From Bacillota bacterium (GTDB taxonomy: Bacteria > Bacillota > Sulfobacillia > JAJYWN01 > JAJZPE01), in assembly GCA_021787335.1 (NCBI GenBank), contig JAJYMC010000040.1:8314-72313 (forward strand): a DNA stretch of 64,000 bases, read 5' to 3'. Each line of letters starts with the position of its first letter. The first letter of the stretch is position 1. This document shows positions 47,001-56,453 of this stretch, piece after piece. Below the pieces are notes generated by a model. The model worked only from the letters and a program-made list of their open reading frames with translations. It was not told the DNA's origin and searched no databases. The translations under genes and the position numbers were made by a program.

Positions 47001-49577
47001 TCAGACGGAAGAGGGCCGGAACGACCGCAGGCGGAGCGAGTTCGTGACCACCGACACGGAGCTGAAGGCCATGGCCGCGGCGGCGATCATCGGGTTGAGC
47101 ATCCAGCCGAAGAACGGGTAGAGGACCCCGGCGGCGATGGGGATGCCGACGACGTTGTAGAAGAAGGCCCAGAAGAGGTTGCCGCGGATGGTCGCCAGGG
47201 TCCGCTTCGAGAGCTGGATGGCGGTGACCACGCCGCGCAGGTCGCCGGTGATGAGGGTGATGTCCGAGGCCTCCATGGCCACGTCGGTCCCGGTGCCGAT
47301 GGCCATGCCCACGTCGGCCTGGGCCAGCGCCGGGGCGTCGTTGATGCCGTCCCCGACCATGGCCACGACCTTCCCCTCATCCTGGAGCTTCTTGACCTCG
47401 CTGGCCTTGTCCTCGGGGAGGACCTCGGCCAGGACCCGGTCGATGCCGACCTGCGAGGCGATGGCCTGGGCGGTGCGGCGGTTGTCGCCGGTGATCATGA
47501 CCACTTCGATGCCCAGCTTGTGCAGTTCGGTGACGGCCTTGGCCGAGTTGGCCTTGAGGGTGTCGGCGACGGCGATGAGCCCGGCCGGCCGCCCGTCGAT
47601 GGCCATGAACATCGGCGTCTTGCCCTCGCCCGAGAGCCGTTCGGCGTCCTTGGCGAAGGTCGCGGCGTCGAGACCGGCGTCCTTTATCAGCTTATCGTTG
47701 CCCAGGAGGACGGCCTTGCCTTCGATGGTGGCCTTGATGCCGCGGCCCGGGATGGCCTCGAAGTCGGTCGCCTTCGGGAGCCGCGTCGCGCCGTTGCCCG
47801 CCGAAGCGCCCGCGCCGCCGTTCCCGCCGGCGCCGCCGTTGCCGCTCTTGCCCTGCTCCTCCGCCGCCCGGACGATGGCCTCGCCCAGGGGGTGCTCCGA
47901 GCCCTTCTCGGCCGCGCCCGCCAGGCGCAGGACCGCCGCGCGGTCCCATTCGCCGAGGGTCACGACGTCGGTGACGGCCGGCTTGCCCTGGGTCAGGGTG
48001 CCGGTCTTATCGAAGACGATGGCGTTTATCCGGTGGGCCGTCTCCAGGCTCTCGCCGCCCTTGATGAGGACGCCGTTCTCGGCCCCCTTGCCCGTGCCGA
48101 CCATTATGGCCGTAGGCGTCGCCAGGCCCATGGCGCACGGACAGGCGATGACCAGGACGGCCACGGCGTTCATCAAAGCGTAGAGGAAGGCGGGGGCGGG
48201 CCCGAAGATCATCCAGACGATGAAGGTGACCACGGCGATGCCGATGACGATGGGCACGAAGTAGGCCGAGATGATGTCGGCCAGGCGCTGGATGGGCGCC
48301 TTGGAGCCCTGCGCGTCCTCGACCATCTTGATGATCTGCGAGAGAAAGGTCTCGCGGCCGACCTTGGTGGCCTCGAACTTGAAGGCGCCGGTCTTGTTGA
48401 CCGTGGCCCCGATGACCTCATCGCCCACGTTCTTCTCTACCGGCAGGCTCTCGCCGGTGAGCATCGACTCGTCGACGGCCGAGTGGCCCTCGCGGACGAC
48501 GCCGTCGACCGGGACCTTGTCGCCGGGGCGGACGAGGACGAGGTCGCCCGGGACGACGTCTTCGACCGGGATATCCTTCTCCTCCCCGCCGCGGACGACC
48601 CGGGCGGTCTTCGGCCTGAGACCCATCAGCTTCTTGATGGCCTCGGAGGTCTGGCCCTTGGCCACGGCCTCGAGGTACTTGCCCAGGAGGATGAGGGTGA
48701 TGATGGTCGCGCTGGTGTCGTAGTAGACCGTCGGCTCGAAGCCGGCCCGGGCGAAGTAGCCCGGGAAGATGGTCATGGCCAGGCTGTAAAGGAAGGCCGC
48801 GCTGGTACCCAGGGCGACGAGGGTGTTCATGTCGGCGCTGCCGTGGCTGACGGCCAGGAAGCCGGCGCGGTAGAAGCGCCAGCCGGCCCAGAATTGGACC
48901 GGGGTGGCCAGAGCCAGCTGGAACCAGAAGTTGTGGAGGAATATCGGCACGCCCGGGATCATCATCGTCATCGCCGCGAAGACGAGCGGGGCGGCGAAGA
49001 CGGCCGAGAAGATGAGGCGGTCGCGTAGGGCCTTGATCTCGCGCTGGCGGGCCAGGCGCTCGCGGTCCTGGAGGCCCTCCTCGGCGATGGGGTCGAGGGC
49101 CTCATAGCCGGCGTCGGTCACGGCCTTCTTGAGGTCCGGCAGGCTGACCTTGGACGAGTCGTACTCGATGGTCGCCCGGTTGGTGGCCAGGTTGACAGCG
49201 GCGGTGGAGACGCCGGAGGTCCCGGTCAGGGCTCGCTCGACGCGGGCGACGCAGGAGGCGCAGGTCATGCCCTGGACGGGCAAGACGACCTTGCGGGTGG
49301 TCGGCGCGCCTGGGGTCGTGGCCTCGGGTTCCTCTTCGATGGTGGCCTTGTAGCCGATGCCCTCGACCGCCTTGACCAGCTTCTCCGGCTCGACGATGGA
49401 CGGGTCGAAGACCACGGTGGCCTTCTCCGTGGCGAAGTTGACGTTGGCCTTCGCCCCGGCGACCTTGTTGAGTTCCTTCTCGATGCGGGCGGCGCAGGTG
49501 GCGCAGGTCATCCCGCCGAGGTCGAGGGTGATGTGGCTCTGACCCTGGCTTTGGCTCTGACCCTGGTCTTCGCTCAT
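47001..49577 (-). CDS. copA: Copper-translocating P1B-type ATPase with two N-terminal HMA domains
   Basis: GMTCATC and GMTCASC motifs, CPC ([11 protein letters not shown]), DKTGTLT, and GDGINDAP. Confidence 0.93.
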   Translation of the reverse strand: MSEDQGQSQSQGQSHITLDLGGMTCATCAARIEKELNKVAGAKANVNFATEKATVVFDPSIVEPEKLVKAVEGIGYKATIEEEPEATTPGAPTTRKVVLPVQGMTCASCVARVERALTGTSGVSTAAVNLATNRATIEYDSSKVSLPDLKKAVTDAGYEALDPIAEEGLQDRERLARQREIKALRDRLIFSAVFAAPLVFAAMTMMIPGVPIFLHNFWFQLALATPVQFWAGWRFYRAGFLAVSHGSADMNTLVALGTSAAFLYSLAMTIFPGYFARAGFEPTVYYDTSATIITLILLGKYLEAVAKGQTSEAIKKLMGLRPKTARVVRGGEEKDIPVEDVVPGDLVLVRPGDKVPVDGVVREGHSAVDESMLTGESLPVEKNVGDEVIGATVNKTGAFKFEATKVGRETFLSQIIKMVEDAQGSKAPIQRLADIISAYFVPIVIGIAVVTFIVWMIFGPAPAFLYALMNAVAVLVIACPCAMGLATPTAIMVGTGKGAENGVLIKGGESLETAHRINAIVFDKTGTLTQGKPAVTDVVTLGEWDRAAVLRLAGAAEKGSEHPLGEAIVRAAEEQGKSGNGGAGGNGGAGASAGNGATRLPKATDFEAIPGRGIKATIEGKAVLLGNDKLIKDAGLDAATFAKDAERLSGEGKTPMFMAIDGRPAGLIAVADTLKANSAKAVTELHKLGIEVVMITGDNRRTAQAIASQVGIDRVLAEVLPEDKASEVKKLQDEGKVVAMVGDGINDAPALAQADVGMAIGTGTDVAMEASDITLITGDLRGVVTAIQLSKRTLATIRGNLFWAFFYNVVGIPIAAGVLYPFFGWMLNPMIAAAAMAFSSVSVVTNSLRLRSFRPSSV

Positions 49578-49621
49578 GGGAACCTCCACGGCCCTTTCGG
49601 CCAGTTACTGGCGACCTCCGG

Positions 49622-49927
49622 TCATTTGGCAAACTTGGAGAGGACCTCGACCAGCTCGTCGACGGCCTCGTCGCCACGCCCGCCCTTGATCGCCGCGGTC
49701 ACGCAGCCCCGGGTGTGCCCCTCGAGGAGCTGCAGCCCGACCTTGTTCAGGGCGGCGCGGACGGCGGTGATCTGAATCAGGATGTCGACGCAGTAGCGGT
49801 CCTCGTCGATCATCTTCTGGACCCCGCGGACCTGGCCTTCGATCTTCTTCAGGCGTTCCTGCAGGTCCACCTTGTCCCTGAGGATGGGGATCCTGCCCCC
49901 CTGCCCCGCGTCCTGTGGCGTACTCAA
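49622..49927 (-). CDS. csoR: CsoR-family copper-sensing transcriptional repressor
   Basis: RLKKIEGQVRGVQKMI..DRYCVDIL...GHTRGC (C-H-C ligand pattern). Confidence 0.88.
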   Translation of the reverse strand: MSTPQDAGQGGRIPILRDKVDLQERLKKIEGQVRGVQKMIDEDRYCVDILIQITAVRAALNKVGLQLLEGHTRGCVTAAIKGGRGDEAVDELVEVLSKFAK

Positions 49928-49954
49928 CGGGCGGCGACCTCCTTAGCTTCGGCC

Positions 49955-49971
49955 CTCCCCGGTAGGGGTAT
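49955..49971 (-). promoter_or_regulatory. Candidate CsoR operator ATACCCCTACCGGGGAG upstream of csoR
   Basis: C4/G4 pseudo-palindrome about 30-45 nt upstream of the csoR start. The right half is imperfect. Confidence 0.3.
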
Positions 49972-50191
49972 GGCGTATGCTGCATCTCGCCCCCATTGTA
50001 CACCGCATGGTTTGCCAGCGTCAATGGTCCCCATACCCCCCGAAAAGACAAAGCCGAGGCGGCGTCAAGCCGCGCCCGGCCGCGGTCTCTATTATTCGAC
50101 GAATGGTGCTCGTTATTTGACGAACGGGGCTCGTTGAAGCGGCTTCGCGCCGGCGTTCAGGGAGCGCGGCGCGGTGTCCATAACGGGAAGG

Positions 50192-50752
50192 TCACTTGGT
50201 CAGGGCGTCGAGCCGGGCCTTGAACTCGGGTCCGGCCAAGGCGCCCTCGCTCTTGGACCTTATCTTATGTGAACTATCGAGGAAGAAGTTGGCCGGGATG
50301 TAATAGACGCTGTAGGCATCGCCGGACGTCGCCGAGGGATCGACGTAGACCGGCAGGTTGTAGTTGTGCTCGGTCATGAAGGCCCTGACCGTGTCGGGCG
50401 ACTCGCCGATGTCGACCAGCATTAAGGTCCACGGGGGCGGGCCGTTCTTGTTGGCCTCGGTCCAGAGCGCCTGCAGGGTCACGAACTCGCTCTGGCACGC
50501 CGGACAGGTGGTCTGCCAAAAGGTCACGAGGACCGGCTTATTGATGGAGGACAGCTTCACGCTGTTGCCCTGGAGGTCGCGAACGGTGATGTCCGGGGCC
50601 TTGGCCCCGACGTTGGCCCCGCCCTTCTGGCCGCTGCGCCAGGCGAAGAAGGTGGCCAGGAAGGCCAGGGCGAGCACGCCGACGACGATGTAAAGCGAGG
50701 TCATGTTGCTGCGGGAGCGGCTCTGGTTCCTGCGACCGTTGCTCTTGGACAC
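50192..50752 (-). CDS. TlpA/ResA-like membrane-anchored thiol-disulfide oxidoreductase
   Basis: N-terminal TM helix and a thioredoxin fold with WQTTCPACQ. Confidence 0.85.
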   Translation of the reverse strand: MSKSNGRRNQSRSRSNMTSLYIVVGVLALAFLATFFAWRSGQKGGANVGAKAPDITVRDLQGNSVKLSSINKPVLVTFWQTTCPACQSEFVTLQALWTEANKNGPPPWTLMLVDIGESPDTVRAFMTEHNYNLPVYVDPSATSGDAYSVYYIPANFFLDSSHKIRSKSEGALAGPEFKARLDALTK

Positions 50753-50793
50753 TGGGGTCCCTCCCCACGCCTATCTGCCGAACAGGTCGGCGT

Positions 50794-51555
50794 CTATCTG
50801 CTGAACAGGTTCTCCAGACGGGCGAAGTAGTTGAAGTACAAGAGGACGCCGGTGATGACCATCAGGACGCCGGCGGCCTTGCTGACGATGTCGAGGACGC
50901 GGCCGTGGCGGCGGATCCAGCCCATGAACGGGGCCAGGAAAAGGGCCGTGCCGAGGAATGGGACGGCGAGCCCGGCCGAGTAGGCGAGGAGCAGGACGAC
51001 CGCCCGCGAGGCGGCGGCGGTGGCGGCGACGGCCAGGATCGAGGCCAGGATCGGCCCGACGCACGGGGTCCAGCCGAACGAGAAGGCCATCCCCATGAGC
51101 AGCGAGCGGCCGAAGGTGGCGCCGCCCCTGCCGGCACCGGCGGCTGGGCCCGTGGCTGGGCCGGCGCCGCCCGGGCCGACTTCCAAGCGCGCCTCTCTAT
51201 ATAGGAACGGGATGGTGATGAGGCCCGTCATGTGTAGACCGAAGACGACCACGACGATGGCGCTCAACTGGCGGATGAGGCCACGGTAACGGACGACGCC
51301 GGCCAGCGCTCCGAGACCGGCGGCGCCGAGGCCGAGGACCATGAAGACGGCCGTGAAGCCGGCGATGAAGCCAAGGGCGTTGAGCACCGTCCGCGAGTCG
51401 AGGGTGAAGGCGCGCCGCGATGAGCCGACGCCGCCGGCCGACCCGGCCAAATAGGTCAGGTAGGTCGGAATCAGCGGGACGACGCACGGCGACAGAAAGG
51501 AAGCCAGGCCCGCGGCGAAGGCCAGACCGATGGTAACCGTTTCGCCCAGAGCCAT
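50794..51555 (-). CDS. ccdA: Cytochrome c biogenesis thiol-reductant transporter CcdA (DsbD-core family)
   Basis: FLSPCVVPLIP and WTPCVGPIL motifs. The ATG at 51555 was chosen. Confidence 0.85.
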   Translation of the reverse strand: MALGETVTIGLAFAAGLASFLSPCVVPLIPTYLTYLAGSAGGVGSSRRAFTLDSRTVLNALGFIAGFTAVFMVLGLGAAGLGALAGVVRYRGLIRQLSAIVVVVFGLHMTGLITIPFLYREARLEVGPGGAGPATGPAAGAGRGGATFGRSLLMGMAFSFGWTPCVGPILASILAVAATAAASRAVVLLLAYSAGLAVPFLGTALFLAPFMGWIRRHGRVLDIVSKAAGVLMVITGVLLYFNYFARLENLFSR

Positions 51556-51613
51556 GGCCCCTCTCCCCCTTTTCCCGGCCCGACTCGTCGGCCGGTCATT
51601 GTTCAAGTCGAGT

Positions 51614-51629
51614 ATACCCCATACGGTAT
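51614..51629. promoter_or_regulatory. Palindrome ATACCCCATACGGTAT in the ccdA / ASKHA-gene divergent region
   Basis: ATACC / GGTAT arms. It shares the ATACCCC half-site with the sites at 34397-34412 and 49955-49971. Confidence 0.25.
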
Positions 51630-51733
51630 CTGGACGCAACAACCTGTTTACCCATGATCAACGTTTGGCTCGATTCGCCATGCAGGGACTTCCTTAGATT
51701 TCGGAGAATGAACGGGCGAATGGGGGTGACCCG

Positions 51734-53596
51734 ATGCCCGAGAGTGGTTCGACAGTGACCGTGAGCTTCCTCCCCTCCGGCCGCCAGGCGGACGTGCTGA
51801 GGGGTACGACCATCCTCGAGGCGGCCGTGCAGGCCGGCCTTGATGTCGAGGGCGATTGTGGTGGCCGTGGGACCTGCGGCAAATGCCGGGTGCGGGTCAT
51901 CGGGGGCACGGGCTTGGAGGCGGGCGCCGCGGCCGGAGCGGGCGATATAGCCGCCGCAGCCATACCGCGGCTCAGCCCGCCGACGGCGGCCGAAGAGCGC
52001 CACTTGCCGGCCACCCTCCGCCGGGAGGGCTGGCGCCTGGCTTGCCAGACCCGCGTGCTCGGGTCGGTCAGAGTGGAGGCCGGGCGCGGGCGCGGCGCGG
52101 AGACGGGCCGCAAGGACGCCCTGACCAGGCTGAGGACCGAGGCGCCGCTGACGGACAGCGGCATCGCCAAAGCCTATGACCAGGGAGCCGGCGCCACCAC
52201 GGTCACCGACGGCGGCGAGGTCCTCGCCCGTGAGCCCAGGGACACCCGGGGCGTCGGCTACGCCCTGGCCGTGGACATCGGGACGACCACCGTCGTCGCC
52301 ACCCTGCTGGACGTCTTCCGCGGGACGGCCCTGGCGACGGCCTCGGCGACGAACGCCCAGAACGCCTACGGGGCGGACGTCATCTCCCGGATCACCCACG
52401 CCACGACGCAGCCCGGAGGCACCCGCGAACTGCAGGCCCGGGTCATCGGGGCCATCAACGGGCTCATCGATGAGGTGACCGGCCAGGCCGGGAGTGCCGG
52501 GGCCGCCCGAACCGCGGGCTCCCAGGATGCCCAGGGCGCGGTCTCCCCCGCCCACATCTACACCGTGGTCGTGGTCGGCAACACGACGATGACCCACCTC
52601 TTCCTCGGAGTCAGGCCCGACGGGCTTTCGCGGGCCCCCTACGAGGCGGCGTTCACCGAGGCCCGCACGGTCAAGGCCGGGGATCTCGGCCTGAACGCCC
52701 TGCCCACGGCCAACGTACATGTGCTCCCGGGCATCGCCAGCTTCCTCGGGGCGGACACGGTCGGGGTGGCTCTGGCCACTCGGCTCGCCGGGCTGCCCGG
52801 CTGGACGCTGGCCATCGACATCGGGACCAATGGCGAACTGCTCCTGGCCGGCGAAGGCAAGGTCTGGGGCTGCTCGACGGCGGCTGGCCCGGCTTTTGAA
52901 GGGGCCCAGATAAGCTCGGGGATGCGGGCCGTGCCCGGGGCCATCGAGCGCGTGCGCCTCGGCGAAAGGGACCTGGAACTGGGGGTCATCGGCGGCGGCC
53001 GCCCGATGGGCATCTGCGGGTCTGGCCTCATCGACGCCGTGGCCCTCCTCTTGGAGACCGGCGTGCTCGACCCGTCGGGCCGCCTGCGGGTCGACGACCA
53101 GCTGACCGGAGTCCCGCCGTCGTTGCGCCAGCGGGTCGTCCGGGAGGATGGACGAACGGCTTTCGTGCTGGCCTGGCCCGACGGGGCCGCGACGGTGACC
53201 GGCGAGGCCACCGCCGAGGCTGGCGGCTACATCGTCCTGACCCAGGCCGACATCCGCCAGGTGCAGCTCGGCAAGGGCGCCATCCAGGCCGGCGTGCGGC
53301 TGCTCCTCAGGGAAATCGGTCTCGAGGAGAGCCGGCTCGACCGGGTCCTCCTGGCCGGCGCTTTCGGCAACTACATCGACCCGGTCGCGGCTAGGCGCAT
53401 CGGGCTCTTGCCCGACATCCCCCTGGCCCACATCGTGCCGGTGGGCAACGCCGCCGGCGCGGGGGCGCAGGAGGCCGCCCTCAGCCTGACCAGGCGGCGC
53501 GAGGCTGAAGAGCTGGCTCGGGCCATCCTCCACGTGCCTTTGGCTGAGCGGCCCGAGTTCCAGGGCGAGTTCATCAAGGCGACCCGGTTCCCCTGA
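51734..53596 (+). CDS. ASKHA-domain (DUF4445) protein with N-terminal 2Fe-2S ferredoxin domain (RACo-like reductive activator)
   Basis: CGGRGTCGKCRV plant-type ferredoxin motif followed by an actin-fold ATPase-like body (AVDIGTTTVV, AIDIGTNGE). Confidence 0.8.
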   Translation: MPESGSTVTVSFLPSGRQADVLRGTTILEAAVQAGLDVEGDCGGRGTCGKCRVRVIGGTGLEAGAAAGAGDIAAAAIPRLSPPTAAEERHLPATLRREGWRLACQTRVLGSVRVEAGRGRGAETGRKDALTRLRTEAPLTDSGIAKAYDQGAGATTVTDGGEVLAREPRDTRGVGYALAVDIGTTTVVATLLDVFRGTALATASATNAQNAYGADVISRITHATTQPGGTRELQARVIGAINGLIDEVTGQAGSAGAARTAGSQDAQGAVSPAHIYTVVVVGNTTMTHLFLGVRPDGLSRAPYEAAFTEARTVKAGDLGLNALPTANVHVLPGIASFLGADTVGVALATRLAGLPGWTLAIDIGTNGELLLAGEGKVWGCSTAAGPAFEGAQISSGMRAVPGAIERVRLGERDLELGVIGGGRPMGICGSGLIDAVALLLETGVLDPSGRLRVDDQLTGVPPSLRQRVVREDGRTAFVLAWPDGAATVTGEATAEAGGYIVLTQADIRQVQLGKGAIQAGVRLLLREIGLEESRLDRVLLAGAFGNYIDPVAARRIGLLPDIPLAHIVPVGNAAGAGAQEAALSLTRRREAEELARAILHVPLAERPEFQGEFIKATRFP

Positions 53597-53610
53597 GTTT
53601 TTTTCTCCAG

Positions 53611-53694
53611 GAATACGTATCCCGATACGCATTCCGATGCGTATTCCGATACGCATTCCGATGCGTATCCATGTACGCATCCTGATACGTAACC
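53611..53694. repeat. Seven contiguous 12-nt units with alternately inverted 8-nt cores (ATACGCAT / ATGCGTAT)
   Basis: Read directly: GAATACGTATCC CGATACGCATTC CGATGCGTATTC CGATACGCATTC CGATGCGTATCC ATGTACGCATCC TGATACGTAACC. Confidence 0.9.
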
Positions 53695-54082
53695 ACAAAA
53701 AACATCCGCCCGGCGGGCCGACAAGACCCGACCGGGCGGTTTACTTGTGCGGCCGCGGGGCCACGCCTCTTGCTGAGCCGTCGTCCCTGCCTCGTCACTT
53801 CTGCGCCGTTACAGAATCACAGCGAGAAAGTCCCTCCCTTTCAGGGGTCGGATGAATCGCCATGGTCTTGTAGCGAACTGGTGTTCGTGTCATGCTGTTC
53901 CCATGGAGCAGGAGTGCAGATAAGGGAACATCTTCGTTTCGTTGCTGAACTACCATTTCGCGTGGTGCCCAAGGTACCGGAGGAAGATTCTGACCGGGCA
54001 GGTGGACGGGCGCTCTCGAGAACTCCTTGGATAGGTGGTGCGGGAGTTAGGTTTGAGGGTTCTGGCTCTCAGGGGTGAGGAT

Positions 54083-54515
54083 GTGCTGAAAGCCTTCAAG
54101 TATCGGCTCTACCCGACAAGGGAACAAGCCAAGAAGATTGAACGACACCCTATGGCTTTGTTCCATCCTCTACAACCGTTGCCTGGCCGAACGGCGGGAC
54201 GCATGGCAGAACGGACGGAAGACCATCACCAAGTTCGACCAGATGGCGGCCTTGCCGGATGTGAAGCGACAAGACGAGCGTTTCAACCGTGTCCACTCGC
54301 AGGTGCTCCAGGATGTCGTGAAACGTCTGGACAAGGCCTTTGAGGCGTTCTTCCGCAGGGTTAAAGCGGGAGAGAAAACGCCGCTATCAATATTCTGCGA
54401 AGAGCCACGACGTAGAACATAACCCTTGGGGCTCGGACGGAGCCTTCGGGGATGCGGAAGGGCTTGCGCACCGCGGATGAACTGAGAAGCCCATCGGCTT
54501 TAGCCGTGGGAGTCG
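54083..54515 (+). mobile_element. IS200/IS605-family TnpB remnant (frameshift plus large internal deletion) with retained 3' omega-RNA/right-end-like sequence
   Basis: (V)LKAFKYRLYPTREQAKKIE, then a frameshift, then TLWLCSILYNRCLAERRDAW...FFRRVKAGEKT. This joins directly to NAAINILRRATT-stop (extreme TnpB C-terminus). It is followed by GAAGCCCATCGGCTTTAGCCGTGGGAGT, a hairpin typical of these element ends. Local GC is lower. Confidence 0.65.
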
Positions 54516-55013
54516 TCACTTCGTTATCTTCACCCGTCCAGTGATGGAGGCCACGTCAATCTTCAATTGCTCGCCGAGGGGGTTGGCCAGGATGACCTGG
54601 CCGGCCTCCGTGGCCCCGCCGAGGGCGTCGAACTCGACGATGGAATGGCCATCAAAGTTGGCCGAATAGAGGCGGGCGTTGCGGTCGAGGGTCACCCGCT
54701 TGCCGGTGGCGACCATCAGGTGCGTGCTCGGGTTCTCCTCGTAGAAGTCATAGTAGCCCGGCTGCCCGCTCACCACGGTGAACCTGATCTGCACCTTCAA
54801 CGCCTTGGTGATCGCCGTCTGCTGGGCCGCCCGCAGGTCCGACGCGACCCCGCGGGCCCCACTGGTGAGATTGCCCCAGGACATAGCTTTCTGGACCGAG
54901 GGCACACCGATGGTCACCAGGGTCGCCAGAATGAGGACGACGGCCAGGAGTTCAAAGAATGAGAAGCCTTCTTCGCGTCCGTTGAGCCATGAGCGCCAGG
55001 ACATGCTCGTCAC
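54516..55013 (-). CDS. GspH/FimT-like minor (pseudo)pilin
   Basis: Prepilin motif REEGFSFFELLAVVLIL. Confidence 0.75.
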   Translation of the reverse strand: MTSMSWRSWLNGREEGFSFFELLAVVLILATLVTIGVPSVQKAMSWGNLTSGARGVASDLRAAQQTAITKALKVQIRFTVVSGQPGYYDFYEENPSTHLMVATGKRVTLDRNARLYSANFDGHSIVEFDALGGATEAGQVILANPLGEQLKIDVASITGRVKITK

Positions 55014-55094
55014 CTGCCATAGCCGGAAAGGTTGCGGCTCGGGCCGCCCCGCCGCTGCGCGGTTCGCGCGGCGGCCACGGCGCGGCGCGGGCCG

Positions 55095-55724
55095 TTACTT
55101 GATGAACGGGTTGATCCGCCCGACCGGCCACTTCAGGACGAGGGAACCTGGTTTCGTGCCGGCCGCCTTGTTCGGTTGCGAGTAGATGAAGGCCACGAAA
55201 TCACTGGCGACGACACCCGCGTGATCGGGAACCGGGCTGGCCCGGAAAGCCTCCACGCGCACCAGGCGCGGGTAGTCCTCGACGCGCCCCAGGAAGCTGA
55301 CGATGTTGGGGTAGCTGCCGGTCAGTTCGAACTCGATGGGGTACTGAGCGTAGTCCCGGATCTGAGCCGACGTGGCGAACTTGAGGGAGTTCACCGTGAT
55401 CTTGGTCGTCCGGGCGGCGGCGTCGAGGTAGAAGAGGAACTCAGCCACCTCGCGGTCACCGGGGACGGTCAGGTCGAGGTTCGACATCTCGTCGCGGATG
55501 GCCGCGATGCGCTGGTCCATCTGCGGCTCCCGGGCCTTGACCGCGCGGGCCTGCTGGAGCTGCTCGGCGGCCTTGACCTGGGCCGAGCGGGCCGCGGCCA
55601 GCTTGGTCTCCTGCGGGGCGATGGCCAGGAAGTAGACGGCCAGGACGAATCCCAGGAGGGCGGCCCCGGCGAGGATCGCCTTCTCCCTGCTGTTCAGGCG
55701 CTTGAAGAGGTTGAGCAAGGCCAT
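55095..55724 (-). CDS. pilO: Type IV pilus assembly protein PilO
   Basis: N-terminal TM helix, coiled coil and a PilO-like C-terminal domain, in the position after pilN. Confidence 0.75.
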   Translation of the reverse strand: MALLNLFKRLNSREKAILAGAALLGFVLAVYFLAIAPQETKLAAARSAQVKAAEQLQQARAVKAREPQMDQRIAAIRDEMSNLDLTVPGDREVAEFLFYLDAAARTTKITVNSLKFATSAQIRDYAQYPIEFELTGSYPNIVSFLGRVEDYPRLVRVEAFRASPVPDHAGVVASDFVAFIYSQPNKAAGTKPGSLVLKWPVGRINPFIK

Positions 55725-55739
55725 GTGGGGTCGCCTCCT

Positions 55740-56453
55740 TTACCGCCGAATGGCGGCAACGATCTCGAACTTGAAGCCGCCCTTCTCTTCAACGGCGAAG
55801 TTCAGTTCGGGGTTGGACAGGTACTTGGCGTTCTGGATGCCGACCATGAACTGGCCGATGGCCTCGAGGCTGCCGGCGTGACCGGTCATCAGGATGCGGT
55901 TGGCGATGGGCGGGACGGTCACGCCGCCCGTTGTCGGGCTGGGGACGCCCGCGGCCGGCTGCCCTGCCGCCGGGGCGGCCTGTCCACTCGCGCCCGAGCC
56001 CGTCGTGCCCTCGAGCCCCGTATCCGTGGTGGGCGCGGGAGTGGGTGCCGGAGCTGGCGCCGCGGCCTGTCCCGGCTGGGCCTTCTCCTCGCCGAGGGAC
56101 CTTATCTCGTCGAGGATGACCGTCCGCGGGATGTACGTGGTTATCTCATAGAGCATCCCAGCCCAGCGCAGCGGGCTGTTCAGATCCTGGATGAAGCGCT
56201 TCTTGTCGGTCAGCGACCGCTCCATCTCGGTCAGCCGCCGGTCCTTGGCCAGGACCTCGGTGTAGGTGGTGAACTCGGCCTTGGCCGCCAGCGTGGCCCG
56301 GCTGGACTGGGTCGTCCGGGTGAAGAGGTAACCCCAGTAGGCCACGGGTGCAGCCATCACCACGACCACCGCGAAGATGGTCAGGTGGCGGCCCCAGTTG
56401 ACCCGGCGGCCGGCCTTCAGTTTGGGAGGTAAGAGGTTGATCTTGGTCGTCAA
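55740..56453 (-). CDS. pilN: Type IV pilus assembly protein PilN with Pro/Ala/Gly-rich insertion
   Basis: KINLLPPK N-terminal motif and a TM helix. A low-complexity insert is present (AAAPAPAPTPAPTTDTG...). Confidence 0.8.
   Translation of the reverse strand: MTTKINLLPPKLKAGRRVNWGRHLTIFAVVVVMAAPVAYWGYLFTRTTQSSRATLAAKAEFTTYTEVLAKDRRLTEMERSLTDKKRFIQDLNSPLRWAGMLYEITTYIPRTVILDEIRSLGEEKAQPGQAAAPAPAPTPAPTTDTGLEGTTGSGASGQAAPAAGQPAAGVPSPTTGGVTVPPIANRILMTGHAGSLEAIGQFMVGIQNAKYLSNPELNFAVEEKGGFKFEIVAAIRR

Noticed and set aside
50771-50810. 17-bp imperfect direct repeat CTATCTGC(C/T)GAACAGGT duplicating the last codons and stop of ccdA.
   Set aside because: It is a small local tandem duplication of a gene end. 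No structure or function is evident, and the size is consistent with replication slippage.
53611-53694. The possibility that the 12-nt repeat array is a CRISPR array.
   Set aside because: The units are contiguous with no spacers, far too short, and alternately inverted. No cas genes are nearby.
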